Below are positions 1 through 11,081 of a stretch of 64,000 nucleotides of DNA, one piece after another; position 1 is the stretch's first letter, and every line of letters starts with the position of its first letter. The notes under the pieces are model-generated. The model saw only the letters and a list, made by a program, of their open reading frames with translations, had not been told where the DNA came from and ran no database searches. The stretch is from assembly GCA_010093995.1 (NCBI GenBank), contig ML992509.1, positions 953,850 through 1,017,849 of the forward strand. Reading direction: 5' to 3'. The translations under genes were made by a program, and so were the position numbers. The stretch comes from Elsinoe ampelina. Taxonomy: Eukaryota.

Positions 1-1169
1 GCGCTGGCTTTGACTTTCTTTGCCAGTGGTGGCACAGGTGGTTTCGACTTCTTTTTCGCAGGCTCCGTAGCTGGAGTCGCTCGCAATGTAGCAGCTGCCG
101 CTTTCGCTGCCTTTCCAGTTGTGCTCGCCGTCCTCTCCATCCCCGTACCACCTACAGTCTTCTCGACCTTTCGCTTCTTTTGGGGCTGTACGCTTGCCGC
201 GGGTCCAGCTGTTGCCTTCGTATCATTGCTGGGATCTACGACCTTCTTCTTGTGTGACTTCTTCGGAGCGGCTCTCTCCTCGAACTCGGAATCGACATGC
301 TGAGCGCGAGACTTCTTAGTCTTCTCTCTGCCCTCATTTCGAGCTGCTGCAACCTCGCCCTCATGAATGGCTGCCGCCGCCGCTGCCAAGTGACTTGTCG
401 CTGCAACATCTCTCCTTGCTCTTTCCGGCACTGGCGGTGCCTTCTTCTTGTTGTCGGCGTAAGCCCAGTGAGTTGTGTTACCGAGCCGAGCTTCTTCATG
501 GATCTCCGACTCAACGTGAGGCAGCACCCTGTCCATTCTCGAAATCTGTCGGTCGAGAGTCCTGTTTGCTTCTGCGAGACAGACGTTTCGCTCGTCCAAG
601 TTCGCCAGAATCTGTCCGATAGTCATTCTGAGATTGAAGAATTCCTGCCTCCTCTGCAGATCTGCTTGTTGCTCTGCTTGAGTAGGCTGTGCAGCTTGTG
701 CCGCGGCCTCTGCGACTGAAGGTGGCATGAAACCAGGCAAGCCGCCGTTGACGACAGACACGTTCGCGCTGTTCGCTGCACTGCTGTTTGCTGCAGTGAA
801 GGATAGCAGTGACTGATGTGACGGCTGATGCGACCTCCTCGGCGGTGTTGGTAGCGACTCGATGCGCTTCACCAGCTTGACCATATCCTGCGTGGGCCCG
901 TGTATCTTCGCCTCCACCTCTTTCATAAGCGTAAAGTGTCGCATGACTTCTTTCGGCAGCGCGGCGACAGCGTCGGTGAAGTGCTGGATCGCAGGGTAAA
1001 AACCTGGGGGGCTGTCATCCTGAGTCTCCTCGGCGCCGCCGATGGACCCAAAAGGACGGGCGTAGTAATTCGTCGGACGGCTGATGCTGGTGCGTATTTG
1101 ACGGCCTGATGAACGACGATTCTGGTCTTGAGTATTTTGCGTCTTGCGCACCGCCGATGTGGGAGGCAT
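1..1169 (-). CDS. ING-family (Pho23/Yng-like) chromatin protein, 5' part; runs off the left edge of the window
   Basis: Not in the ORF track because there is no stop in the window. Manual translation from ATG at 1169 gives MPPTSAVRK...PPGFYPAIQHFTDAVAALPKEVMRHFTLMKEVEAK...LDERNVCLAEANRTLDRQISRMDRVLPHVESEIHEEARLGNTTHWAY, an ING N-terminal helical domain. The PHD finger would lie beyond position 1. Confidence 0.8.
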   Translation of the reverse strand, partial: MPPTSAVRKTQNTQDQNRRSSGRQIRTSISRPTNYYARPFGSIGGAEETQDDSPPGFYPAIQHFTDAVAALPKEVMRHFTLMKEVEAKIHGPTQDMVKLVKRIESLPTPPRRSHQPSHQSLLSFTAANSSAANSANVSVVNGGLPGFMPPSVAEAAAQAAQPTQAEQQADLQRRQEFFNLRMTIGQILANLDERNVCLAEANRTLDRQISRMDRVLPHVESEIHEEARLGNTTHWAYADNKKKAPPVPERARRDVAATSHLAAAAAAIHEGEVAAARNEGREKTKKSRAQHVDSEFEERAAPKKSHKKKVVDPSNDTKATAGPAASVQPQKKRKVEKTVGGTGMERTASTTGKAAKAAAATLRATPATEPAKKKSKPPVPPLAKKVKAS

Positions 1170-1621
1170 CGTGCCCCCTCGCTCGCTGTGGACGACGCAG
1201 AGATCAGGAATGGAGCAGGTGTCTGTCGCTGCACGGCTAGAGAAATATCACGTCGTGAAGAGTAATGTTGAGGGCCCAAATTGCTGCGTTTGTCGCATCA
1301 TGTAGAGACTGTGGTGGGGGTGCAGGTGCTGGGGACGGATCGACGAAATGACAGGGTTACAACGCATGAGATGCTGGAGAACCTTGAGAGCTCTTCGGCG
1401 ATTCATTGCGCGCGTCGGCTAAATGCCAAGGCCGCTCCAATGACGTGCATCAGATGCAAACAGTTCAAACACATCTTCACACAAAAATCATGGTAATATC
1501 TGTTGGCGAGGAATGCACTGTATTCGTGAACATTGACACTGCGTTCGTGCCATACTATGTACAAAGATTATTACTCCTGCCTTTCACTGTCGTGACGTCG
1601 TAATTCGTTGCATTATGGGTA

Positions 1622-2860
1622 TCATCTTCCTAATCTCCTACGCCTTTCTGCTTGAGCTTGTTGTACTACGCTGGTGGCGCTCTCCAAGTTCGTCGTTGAT
1701 ACCTGCCGAGAGGATGCTAGGCTTGAGTGGTTGCTCGTTGACATTGTGCGTCCCACGACCGAGCCAGACCGATTCTGCATGACCAATGCTGGAGTCGTCG
1801 GCCGTCTGTAAGGAGCCCTGTACTCGCTGTCTGTGGTTTCATTGATAGTGGTCGATGAGCTGACACTGCTGTCGAAAGACATGTTTCTAGTCGACCTCGA
1901 CGCCATACTAGCACCGTCTTCTATCGTCGGTAGAACACCGTTCTCGATTGGACGAGAATTTGAAGAAGGGCTGAACTCGTGAGGGTTCTCGCCCTCCTGC
2001 ATGTTGGATAACAAGTCTGCGAAAGCGGCGGTGAGTCCGACAAAGTCATGCTCGCTGAAAGGTCGTCCGGAAAATCTTGCATTCTCAAAGCGATCGATGA
2101 AATCTGAAGCGGCTTCGGGAATCATGACTGCGCCTTCGGAGTCAAGATAGTCCAAGTACTCTCTTATTCCAAGCAACGGCGGCTTCTGTGATCCAGGATA
2201 CTCTGACTCGATGACGGCTCGTCTGTCGGAGGATCGTGGTGGACCGCCCAAAGAAACGACCCTCGCCTCGAGAAGATTTGGCAACTCGCTGATGATCTGC
2301 ATGAAGAAGACATGTGGGGTGAGAGTGGTCTCGTTGGGATTGGGAGAGGACCACCCGGGATGCTTGACGAGACCCCATGGAGGTATACTAGGGTCAATTT
2401 TGGCAAGTCGACCTATCCGTGCCTTCTCTTCCCCATCGTGCTGCATTGAACGGTCCGAATCCTCAACTATAATGGGTCCAGCTTCCGCAAGATTGCGAGG
2501 TCGGCATTCCAGAGCCACGGCAGCACTCCTATCCAGTTGACTCTTGATCAGCTTCCTGACAGCCTTGGAAACCTCTCCATCCTCCACCGGTATGTAGCTC
2601 TTCCCTAACGCCGCTAGAACAGTTCTGTTCGTGTACAGTCTGCTGCTGTATATGAAGAGAACTAGAAGGGCCACGAGAACATAGACTCCGCCGATTATGA
2701 CAATGTACTGAAGAGCTCTTTCGCTAATAGCCGAGTAGATGAGTGCTGTGGGTGTGATACCGAGCAGGCCCAATTCAAGGATGAATAATGACGTGTATGT
2801 CGTCGAGTAGAAGACCCTCAGGTACGGTATTGAGAATGGCAGACGAAGACGAGGGGCCAT
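1622..2860 (-). CDS. DLT1: Defect at low temperature protein 1-like membrane protein
   Basis: Start trimmed to MAPRLRLPF at 2860. Two N-terminal TM segments (RVFYSTTYT...; IIGGVYVL...IYSSRLYTNR) followed by KSYIPVEDGEV and PPWGLVKHPGWSSP, as in fungal Dlt1. Confidence 0.75.
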   Translation of the reverse strand: MAPRLRLPFSIPYLRVFYSTTYTSLFILELGLLGITPTALIYSAISERALQYIVIIGGVYVLVALLVLFIYSSRLYTNRTVLAALGKSYIPVEDGEVSKAVRKLIKSQLDRSAAVALECRPRNLAEAGPIIVEDSDRSMQHDGEEKARIGRLAKIDPSIPPWGLVKHPGWSSPNPNETTLTPHVFFMQIISELPNLLEARVVSLGGPPRSSDRRAVIESEYPGSQKPPLLGIREYLDYLDSEGAVMIPEAASDFIDRFENARFSGRPFSEHDFVGLTAAFADLLSNMQEGENPHEFSPSSNSRPIENGVLPTIEDGASMASRSTRNMSFDSSVSSSTTINETTDSEYRAPYRRPTTPALVMQNRSGSVVGRTMSTSNHSSLASSRQVSTTNLESATSVVQQAQAERRRRLGR

Positions 2861-3340
2861 GATCCGGTTGCATATTGGCCTTGTAGGTCGGATTGACCAG
2901 ATGTTGAAGTGGTCGTCAAAGCAGAAGCATGCACGGGCAAACAGTAAGAGGCTGGAAATCTTGTAGGGCCGGAATTGCTTGCAGCGAAGTGGGTCGCCAA
3001 GCAGGTCGTTCATTGGTCAAAGCGTCACCTCATTGCTTCATGGTGTCTCGTTCTTTTTGCTAGACAGTCACCACGACATGTCTGATCAAGCCCCGCTCAC
3101 TGCTTTTCATTTGAGTCTACTTAGGTACGATGGATGATTTGGGCCTTCAACAATCTGTCCCGACGAAGTTTGAGCATTGCGACGATGTATTCGCGGTGAT
3201 CTATTCTACAAAACCAGGAGATCTGTTGCCCTCTGTCTTCCAAGCAATCTTTTACCTTCCGTCTTCCAAGCGATGGACCAAATCAATGTCGTTTCCATCT
3301 CCCAAGCAAATCTTCTCTTCTTTCTCGGACTTGTCGCTTG

Positions 3341-5737
3341 TCAATACCCTGTCCCTGGAAATAGCTCAGGCAGCTGCTCGGATCCGGGAAAGCTTGCGCT
3401 ACTCAGGGCCGGAGAAGGGACTGCTGACCCACTGCTATTGCGTGCCTGCATGATAGAAGGATTCATCGCATGTGCCATCTGCGGACTATTGTTGTGGGAG
3501 AGCACAGATGTGGCGCTTGTGTACATGTATGCAGGAATGGTTTGCTGAGGGTACTGCTGCATGTGAGGCATGGGAGCGCTGTGTGGTTGACTGCTCCACA
3601 TCGACGTTGGCTGGCGAGACGGATGGTAATACATCTGCTGCGGATTTTGACCGGCGGAAGGCTGCTGGAGGGCTGGACTGGCTATGCCGACCGTGCCGTT
3701 CCGGCCGAGCGTGTAGTTCTGGTACACCTGCTGCATTCTCATGGAATGAATACGCTGTTCATAGAAGCGCTGCATCGCTGCGAAAGACGTCGGCAGCTGT
3801 GGTTGAACACGCTGTCCCGGATGTGGTGTCGCTGGAGGCTGCATACCTTGATTTGCAGCAGGAGGGACAAACTGCTGAAAAGCGAACGAGGTGCCATTGG
3901 ATGCGTTGTTGTGGACTTGTTCGGCCGAAATGTAGGTATGTTCGTGAGGGTTGCCTTGGTGCGAGACAGGATTGGCACGTGACGAAGAGGTCTGCTGCTC
4001 CCACTGCTCATACGGTACCGAGGTGATTCGTCCAGAAAAATCCTCACGCGGTCCGGGCTGGTCTCCAAGGTGTTCTGGTGAACTGGTCACCGATTGGTCT
4101 GATCCGACGACGTCTGGATCAACGATCGTCTCTTGATCGCTGTCAGTGAGGGAGACGTCCAGATTCTGGTATCTGCCCTCCCGAGAGGGAGGACGACTGT
4201 ATCCTTGCTGGCTGGTGAGTCGGACAGATGGGCTGATCAAGGTCGCGCGATGTTGCTGCAAGATTTTGGCTGTAGCAGAGCTGTATAGATCCGAAGCTTG
4301 TAGCTGTGCTGTGACACTTGCTGGCTCGAGCACGGGTACTTCCACATTCATAGGCACGGCATCATCGTTGCGGAATGGCGAGCCGTCAACTACCTTTGGA
4401 GTACTCTTCTCGGGACTCTCCTTGGATTTCTCAGGACTGGCTGATGCTGATGATCTCAACTTCTGACCTCGAATGAGTTCGCGAAGATCGACTGAAAAGG
4501 GACTTCTAGCCGTCCTGGAAGGCGAGGCATTGGTCGAGGGTGTGACGGAAGCTTTGGATGGTGTGGCAGGAGGACGGCTGGAGCACTCAGAATCGAGGCG
4601 ACGCCTCTTCCTTGGAGAGTCGAAGATAGACGGCGTACTCACATCGAGTGCATCGGACAAAGTGCTTTCGCTTGATGGTGAGCGGGCTCTGCGGGTATTG
4701 GTCATCTTGGGCTCTGTTCCCTCTACTGCGGTGGTAGGGGCTGCTCTTGTGGATTCGAGGTCCGGGAAGTCGACTGATGTGAACGATGTGAGGTTTGAGG
4801 CACCATCCTGATTTGCTCCTTTACCAGCCAATGAGAATCTTGGCCAGCCGGCTTTGGCACCTGCCGTCCTGATGTGAGGGACCGTATCAGTCGTGGGAGT
4901 ATCTTGACCATCCTCTTCTGCATTGTTGATGCCCTCATCGCTATCGTCATGGTCTTCCTGTGCACCAGTGGTCGGCGATCCTGGTGATGAGGATGAATCT
5001 TCGTTGTAGTTCACAGCCTTGGACGATAGACGTGAGCTGCGGCGTCTCTCAGTCGTGGTGTCATACTTGACTCGCGGTTTTGGAGTACGGTTGATCGATC
5101 TGGGAGGTGTCTTCTTTAAGACAAGAGTCTTTTTTGACGCTACCGGTCCGAAAGGATCTTCTGGGAGAGGGCCACCGAACTTGGGCTGGCCAGGCCCAGT
5201 AGAAGGATCGGTAGTGGACAAGGGCATACGCTGAGGAGCTCTCTGAGACGGCATGAATTTCGCGCCGGCGACAAGGCCGAAATTCGAGCCTTGGAGTAGC
5301 TGTTGTTGCATGTTACGCTTCGACACTTGAATCGCATTGATCGACCTCATTGCGGCAGCAACACAGAGACCACGTCTAGTGCTCATGTATTGGCCAGTGG
5401 CGTTATATGTGTTCCTCGGCTTGCCTCTTCGCAGGTGTCTGACCAAAGAATTCGGTTCCAGCCACAGGTGAAAGGGCTGGTGGACAAAAGCACCACTTTC
5501 GATGTGTTCTTGCCGTTCGCAAAAGTCGATAGAGCTCTCCAAATTTCCAATGATCGTGCCAAATGGAGATTGTGCGCATAGCTGTCCATTTCGCAGACAT
5601 TCAGTGTGAGTTGGGACGTGCTCGGGCGCAAAGTAGGGACACAGCTCGATGTTAGCCGGTGTGAAGCACTCATCACAGGGGATTTCTATCATGGTGATGT
5701 GGTTGCAGGTGTGCTGTTTCAGTATTCGCAGACACAT
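3341..5737 (-). CDS. Hypothetical 798-aa protein: N-terminal Cys/His cluster, then a long S/P/Q-rich disordered region
   Basis: Uninterrupted 2.4-kb ORF beginning MCLRILKQHTCNH...CDEC...C...HTEC...C. Basic patches (SPRKRRR) and a Q/M/P-rich C-terminus. Confidence 0.7.
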   Translation of the reverse strand: MCLRILKQHTCNHITMIEIPCDECFTPANIELCPYFAPEHVPTHTECLRNGQLCAQSPFGTIIGNLESSIDFCERQEHIESGAFVHQPFHLWLEPNSLVRHLRRGKPRNTYNATGQYMSTRRGLCVAAAMRSINAIQVSKRNMQQQLLQGSNFGLVAGAKFMPSQRAPQRMPLSTTDPSTGPGQPKFGGPLPEDPFGPVASKKTLVLKKTPPRSINRTPKPRVKYDTTTERRRSSRLSSKAVNYNEDSSSSPGSPTTGAQEDHDDSDEGINNAEEDGQDTPTTDTVPHIRTAGAKAGWPRFSLAGKGANQDGASNLTSFTSVDFPDLESTRAAPTTAVEGTEPKMTNTRRARSPSSESTLSDALDVSTPSIFDSPRKRRRLDSECSSRPPATPSKASVTPSTNASPSRTARSPFSVDLRELIRGQKLRSSASASPEKSKESPEKSTPKVVDGSPFRNDDAVPMNVEVPVLEPASVTAQLQASDLYSSATAKILQQHRATLISPSVRLTSQQGYSRPPSREGRYQNLDVSLTDSDQETIVDPDVVGSDQSVTSSPEHLGDQPGPREDFSGRITSVPYEQWEQQTSSSRANPVSHQGNPHEHTYISAEQVHNNASNGTSFAFQQFVPPAANQGMQPPATPHPGQRVQPQLPTSFAAMQRFYEQRIHSMRMQQVYQNYTLGRNGTVGIASPALQQPSAGQNPQQMYYHPSRQPTSMWSSQPHSAPMPHMQQYPQQTIPAYMYTSATSVLSHNNSPQMAHAMNPSIMQARNSSGSAVPSPALSSASFPGSEQLPELFPGTGY

Positions 5738-7164
5738 CTCGGCGGTGTAGAATGATGTAGCGCAAGAAGGAGAGGGTTGTCAACGTAGGTGAAGGTTGGC
5801 GAAAGGAGGTGTGCAAGAAAGCATACTTGATACTCGTGAGTTGTGGAAGTCGCTCGATTGTTGCAGTGGGGTACCAATGGTGCTGCCATTGTGGTGAATG
5901 GAAGAGGCAAGCGATGCTCGTGCTTCACTAAGCGCGGCAAGCGACAATGCGGCTGCCTCACATCTCAACATGGTAATTGTCCTGCAATTCACATTGCAGT
6001 TTTGACAAGCATGACGCACGTACACCTGTCACTCGAAGCGTTTCCTTGATCCCAGTCCGAGACTAGCATTTGGGCGAGATTTTGAGGCAGTCCTCCGACA
6101 CTCTCAGCATGGGAATAAGGATGCGAAACAAAGCGAAAAGAGTACAGGTAGATCGATGTATGCAGACACCGCGCAATGGGATAGTGATCATGCTTCTGCC
6201 GCTCGCAAGTGACAATCAGGGAATATGATGGAGGCAACTTCCCTTCATGATGCAATTGAAGCACAATCACAAGGCAGCACGGCTTCATCACTGGTGAGAC
6301 AAAACAAACTATCATCGTGACGGCGACAATACTGTTAAGATCAGAGGAGTCACATACTATGTTCTATCGCGACCTCACCACCTTCACAGTAATGTAAAGG
6401 AAGACATGTGCTGTGAGAAATGGTGGCAAGCAGCAAAACTTGGCAGGTCGTCCAGGCAACCGGCCGTCGCGCAGTTTCTGCTCTGCTCGTGCTTTGTGGC
6501 CCAAGCTTCAGGCTCCACTCTTGGGATATATAAGCTGGCTTCCCTCTCTCACTCTCCTTCTTTCTTTCTTCATACTTACCTTGGAGAGTCAGTTCAGGAT
6601 CATGAAGCTGGGCTGGCTGCTGGGTTAGATCTCATTGCACAACGAGATCCGATCCGGTATAAGCCAGGCATTGCCTGTCTTTTCTCCGTAATTTTTGCTT
6701 TATCCTCATCGACTGGATAACTGTCGTTTGAAGCTTTCATCATCTTCCTGGCTATTGCTGGGCGTTGGAGAAGGTCATGCAGTGTGATTCCATGCAAGTA
6801 GCTCACGGTCGTCGTGCTGCCGGACTGAGTCGTCTGGGTGTGCTGCGTCCATCTCATTTAGACAGCAGTGAGGATTGTTGCGCAGTCGTGGTGAATGGAC
6901 GATTTGGTATAGCACGAATCCATCTCATCTCACGACCTCATCTCAAGCATACGAAGGCTTTCATGGAACGACGAGCACGCTCAACATCTATCGATACTTC
7001 ATCACCGCGATCCGCTCGAGCGTGTCCGCCTGGAGAATTGAGCAGAAATTTACTGCAGAAGAAAAAAGGCATCGCAGATTCTGATATTGACTCTCACCAG
7101 TGGTCCAATACGATCAGTACAGAGTAGCTGTGCATCCGCCATTTCAAGAAGGTCATTGACCAGT

Positions 7165-8675
7165 CTAGTACTCTATCTCGATCCTCTCGCCCTCGACCTT
7201 ACTGTTGAACCACTCAAGTATCTCTATCTTCTCTCCGACGTTGGTAGCACCATCCAGCACTCTGCTCTCAACGATCCCACCGCATGCCATATTCAACTCA
7301 GCCATGGCCAAATTCCTCGCTATACACTGCCTGCTACCCAGGCTGAATGGTATGAGATCCCTGTTCATCTTCTCCAGCTGTTCCGACGATGACTCAAGCC
7401 ACCTCTCAGGCTTGAAGCTGTATGGATCCGGGAAGACAGATGGGTTGTGGTGAAGAGTGTGGATTTGACAGGATACTATTGTGCCCTCTGGTAGAAAGAA
7501 TGATCGGTAAGTCGTCTTTGATGCAGGACCGGAGAAAGAGTAGTCTGCTGCTGGGGTGTACAACCAGCCGCCCTCAGGTACTACGCGTGGTAGACGTGTT
7601 GGGTTGGCCATACTCAGACGGAGTGTCTCCTTGATGCATGATCTCAGGTATGGCAGGCTTGAAGCTTCGTAATTTTGGTCTTCCGCTTTCGCTTGCTTCA
7701 CCTCGTCCTTCACTTTGGCATAACTGCCCCTCTGTCAGAAGTGTCCATCATCCAGAGCCGCAGAGATACTCACCAGTCTTTGTTCTTCGCCAACTGCCAG
7801 CAGAAAGTGCTGATGTTCATGCCACTCGAGTCTGTACCAGCGAACATCAGGTCCATACACTGTGCCGCGACCTCGTCTTTGGTCAACCCAGCCTTCAACA
7901 TCCTCGCCTGGTAGGTATCATCGTCCTCGCCCGCCTCACTCACGATCCTCTTGACAAAACCCTCAACCGTCTCCATGCTCTCCACTGTCTCCTTTGTTTC
8001 GAACAAGTACTGACTAACCTTCTCAACCACCACAAACAACCAATTCGGCATGAAGAAGAACCTCCCCACTCCCACAAACGCATTCACAAACTCACTCGCG
8101 CTCAGCTTGTGCGCTCCCTTCGCCCCCTCGCCCTCCCTCAACCCCCCATAACTAACTCCAAACAGATACTCCGACACCACATCCACCGCCAAACTCCTCC
8201 CCAAATCCAACACATCCACCCTCCCTGTCCCCTTTCCCTCCGCCCCACCCTCCTCCCTCGCCCTCCCGACCACCCCCTCCATCCTCCCAACCCACTCCCC
8301 CACCACCCTCCTCAACCCCTCCTCCCCCTCCCTAATCCTCCTCGTAGCAAACATCCCCACCACACTCTTCGCCCGTCGGGCCCTATACCCCCTATCCAGA
8401 CTCGAAAACAGACTGGGCCACCCCATGATGTCGAAATTCCTATAACACCCCGCCTTGACCATGCCGCCTTTCTCGCTGTATATCGGCGCCAACGCCGCCC
8501 CGTCAGCGATGAGGACTTCGTTGGGGCCGATGCGGAGGATGGGTGAGGGGTGGGACGCGAAGAGGGAGGTGAGGTAGGTGGATTCTTGGCCGAGGTAGGA
8601 GAGGAGGAGGAGGGTGAGGGGTGGGAGGGTGAGGAGGGACTGGAGGGACTGGAGGGGGATGGTGAGGAGTGTCAT
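7165..8675 (-). CDS. Cytochrome P450 monooxygenase (2 exons; intron 7724-7773)
   Basis: I-helix AGTDSS, ExxR (KETLR), PERW and heme motif FSLGSRQCIA. A 50-nt intron (GTGAGT...TTCTGAC...CAG) joins ORFs 7770..8675 and 7165..7713 in frame (KDC-YAKVKDE). Confidence 0.93.
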
Positions 8676-9010
8676 TGTTGGTGATGGCTGGACCGGATTA
8701 TGGGGTGTTCGACGCGGTGGAATGAAGGATCGGGCATTCAGTAAGGAAACATGCTGCGAGATCAGTGAGAAATATGGTCCTGGGAGATATGACTCCCATA
8801 GATTTTTGGTGAGATGAACGCGGGGCAGATGGTTGCCCCACCAGTTCGTTCTTCACAGCGGTGATTTGATAGTAGAATGAGATACTTTGTGACTGATTCG
8901 TGGTTTTGACGTGAATGCATTGATAATTTATAATTGGCTACAAGAAGTCTATGCTAGGCATTGGCCTGTCAACACTTGCGCAAGCCAGCGCCCTGATTAT
9001 CTACCTCCGT

Positions 9011-10513
9011 CTAGTAAACGCTGCAGCCACTTTGTCCTCTCCTTAGCGCCTCCGCAAAGAAGGCCTTCATCGCTTCGTAGTGGAACAGTATTCCCCCGAG
9101 GACAGCCAAGTGCCAGATGTTGTGGCTGCCTCCAACATAGTCAAAGAACCCGGGAAACCATCTCTCTGGGATCTTTGCGGCGTATAAACAGGCGCCGCAG
9201 AGGTAGAAGAGTAGACTCTTGGTGATGGGAGCGTAGAAGTACATTGCCCAGTCCACGCCTCTTGTCATGATGAGTTGTGCTACTGGGAAGAAGCCAGTGC
9301 ATGCGAGGGTGACGTAGAAGCCCACCCGTAGCCAGGCATTCTCTGCTTTGTTGAAGAATGGCCGCCATGGCAAAATGGTACCTCCGATGCCCAATGCGAG
9401 AGTAGTCATCATGTACGTCCATCTGCTAATCGGCTCGCAGTAGAAAGCAGTGTACTCTGTGGTCATAATGGATGCTGCGACCAGGAATGAAATGCCAGTG
9501 TAGTCAACACAGGCAAAGCGCTCCATGAGCTTCTGTGAAGAGTGTGCCGACATGGCATGCCAACAAACGCTGCAAAAGAGGCATTTGCAGGCAGCGAAGA
9601 AGAAGACGGCCGCAATGAGGATGTCGGCATTGGTGTATTTGCTGAAGTTTGGCGAGAGCGGGTAGGCGTAAAAGGCAATGCCGATTATGATAATCAGACC
9701 AACTAGATGTGACCAGATGTTGACCGTCTCGTTGCTGAAATAGAAGCAAGAGCGCACGCACTCGAGTTTCGTGTCGCAGAATCGGTAGCCTCTGGTGATG
9801 TGTGGATTTACCTTCCATGGGTCTGGCAGATCATTGTACGCAATCAGTCCATTCTCCTTGGCAATCTTCAGAGCGTTCTCGATGCGGGCGGTCAAGGCAG
9901 CCTTTGCGTGCCGAGCCTTTAGCATCCCCTCGTCCATCAGCTCGGCTGCTCTGATCGCTCCGTCGTCCAGATGTCGCTTTCCAGACTCGTACATGTCTGA
10001 TGCCACAGCCGTCAAGCCTGTGGACTGAAGCTCATATGCCTTGGATTCGAAATCGTGCAGCATCGACTCCATAAGACGAATGCCTTCTCGTGCCTTGGCT
10101 TCCATGGTTTGCTTCCTTGCGAGTGCATCCCGGTAGCCATCTTCTAGTGTCTCGACGAATACCTTTGCTCTTCGCCAACCAGCATCAATCATCTCGTCAG
10201 AGACCCTCGTGCAGGAATCATGTACCGTTCGCAGTGTATCGTAGGCTCGTTCGATGCGATCATCAAGCTTGACATGGCCATATTCTTCGAGGAAGTCCAG
10301 TCGTTTACCAAGTTGCGCAAGGAAACGGTCAACGAGTATCTGTATGTCGTCGGTGTCGATGTGCCACGTTTGAGGTTGGTAGGACGAATGCCGCCGTTGC
10401 TTGCGAGCTTTGTCAGTCGCTGCAGCGTCGAATGTGCCGTAGGATGGACTTGACAGTGCCGGTTCCTCGAATGACTCTGTCATGGATGTCGAGGTCGTCG
10501 CTGTGCAGGTCAT
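9011..10513 (-). CDS. PAQR / haemolysin-III family 7-TM protein (IZH3-like)
   Basis: NETVNIWSH, SVCWH, ACVDYTGISFL and PERWFPGFFDYVGGSHNIWH motifs; long coiled N-terminus. Start set at MTCTATT. Confidence 0.9.
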   Translation of the reverse strand: MTCTATTSTSMTESFEEPALSSPSYGTFDAAATDKARKQRRHSSYQPQTWHIDTDDIQILVDRFLAQLGKRLDFLEEYGHVKLDDRIERAYDTLRTVHDSCTRVSDEMIDAGWRRAKVFVETLEDGYRDALARKQTMEAKAREGIRLMESMLHDFESKAYELQSTGLTAVASDMYESGKRHLDDGAIRAAELMDEGMLKARHAKAALTARIENALKIAKENGLIAYNDLPDPWKVNPHITRGYRFCDTKLECVRSCFYFSNETVNIWSHLVGLIIIIGIAFYAYPLSPNFSKYTNADILIAAVFFFAACKCLFCSVCWHAMSAHSSQKLMERFACVDYTGISFLVAASIMTTEYTAFYCEPISRWTYMMTTLALGIGGTILPWRPFFNKAENAWLRVGFYVTLACTGFFPVAQLIMTRGVDWAMYFYAPITKSLLFYLCGACLYAAKIPERWFPGFFDYVGGSHNIWHLAVLGGILFHYEAMKAFFAEALRRGQSGCSVY

Positions 10514-11081
10514 TGTACCTGAGCGAATTGTCCGTGTGCACAACATGTGGGAAGTGGGAGAAGATGAGCGGCTGGCAAGTTTTGGGCCGTCAAAACTGCA
10601 TCATAACGAGACGTACGACCGAGTGGATACCGGGAGCCAAGGCCGAGGGTGGAGCGAAAGACCCTGATGTGTTGATGCAGAAATGAGGGCGGATTGACCT
10701 GCATCAACATGTGAAAGCAGCCGAAAAGCCCCACGTGGAAAAGATGCAGCGTATCGGTGGTGGAAATGACAAGAGGGTGTGGTGGAATTGGCAGCACAGC
10801 GATGTGGTTGGGGCGAAACGGCGGGGGGGCGTAGGTTGGCCAGAGAGACCCTGCAGGCACAAAATTCCTCTCGAATCCCCTCGGTTGCGACCGACACGTG
10901 CGGAGGATTCTGGCACTTGGCGGGTGACGTTTGTCGCCCACAGGATTCGAGATCGTCCCGGCCGTTCATCGAGGACCTGAAATGAACATCTAATCTTATC
11001 TTGAGCTGATGCAGAACTTCACGCTCAGGTACGACATCAGATATCTTCCTCCAAGACTCGCACGCGTATGCAACCACAGTT

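Noticed and set aside
6950..6980. GFHGT string resembling the ADP-ribosyltransferase H-G-T motif
   Set aside because: It sits in a 69-aa ORF with no ATG start and no downstream Y/E catalytic motifs, so it is expected by chance.
7638..8546. Long antisense or alternate-frame ORFs rich in P/H/L or G/V/E (e.g. 7638..8546, 15082..15855, 44336..45160, 47706..48587, 55172..55753)
   Set aside because: They are shadows of real genes. The C/G skew depletes stop codons in other frames, and they carry no recognisable domains.
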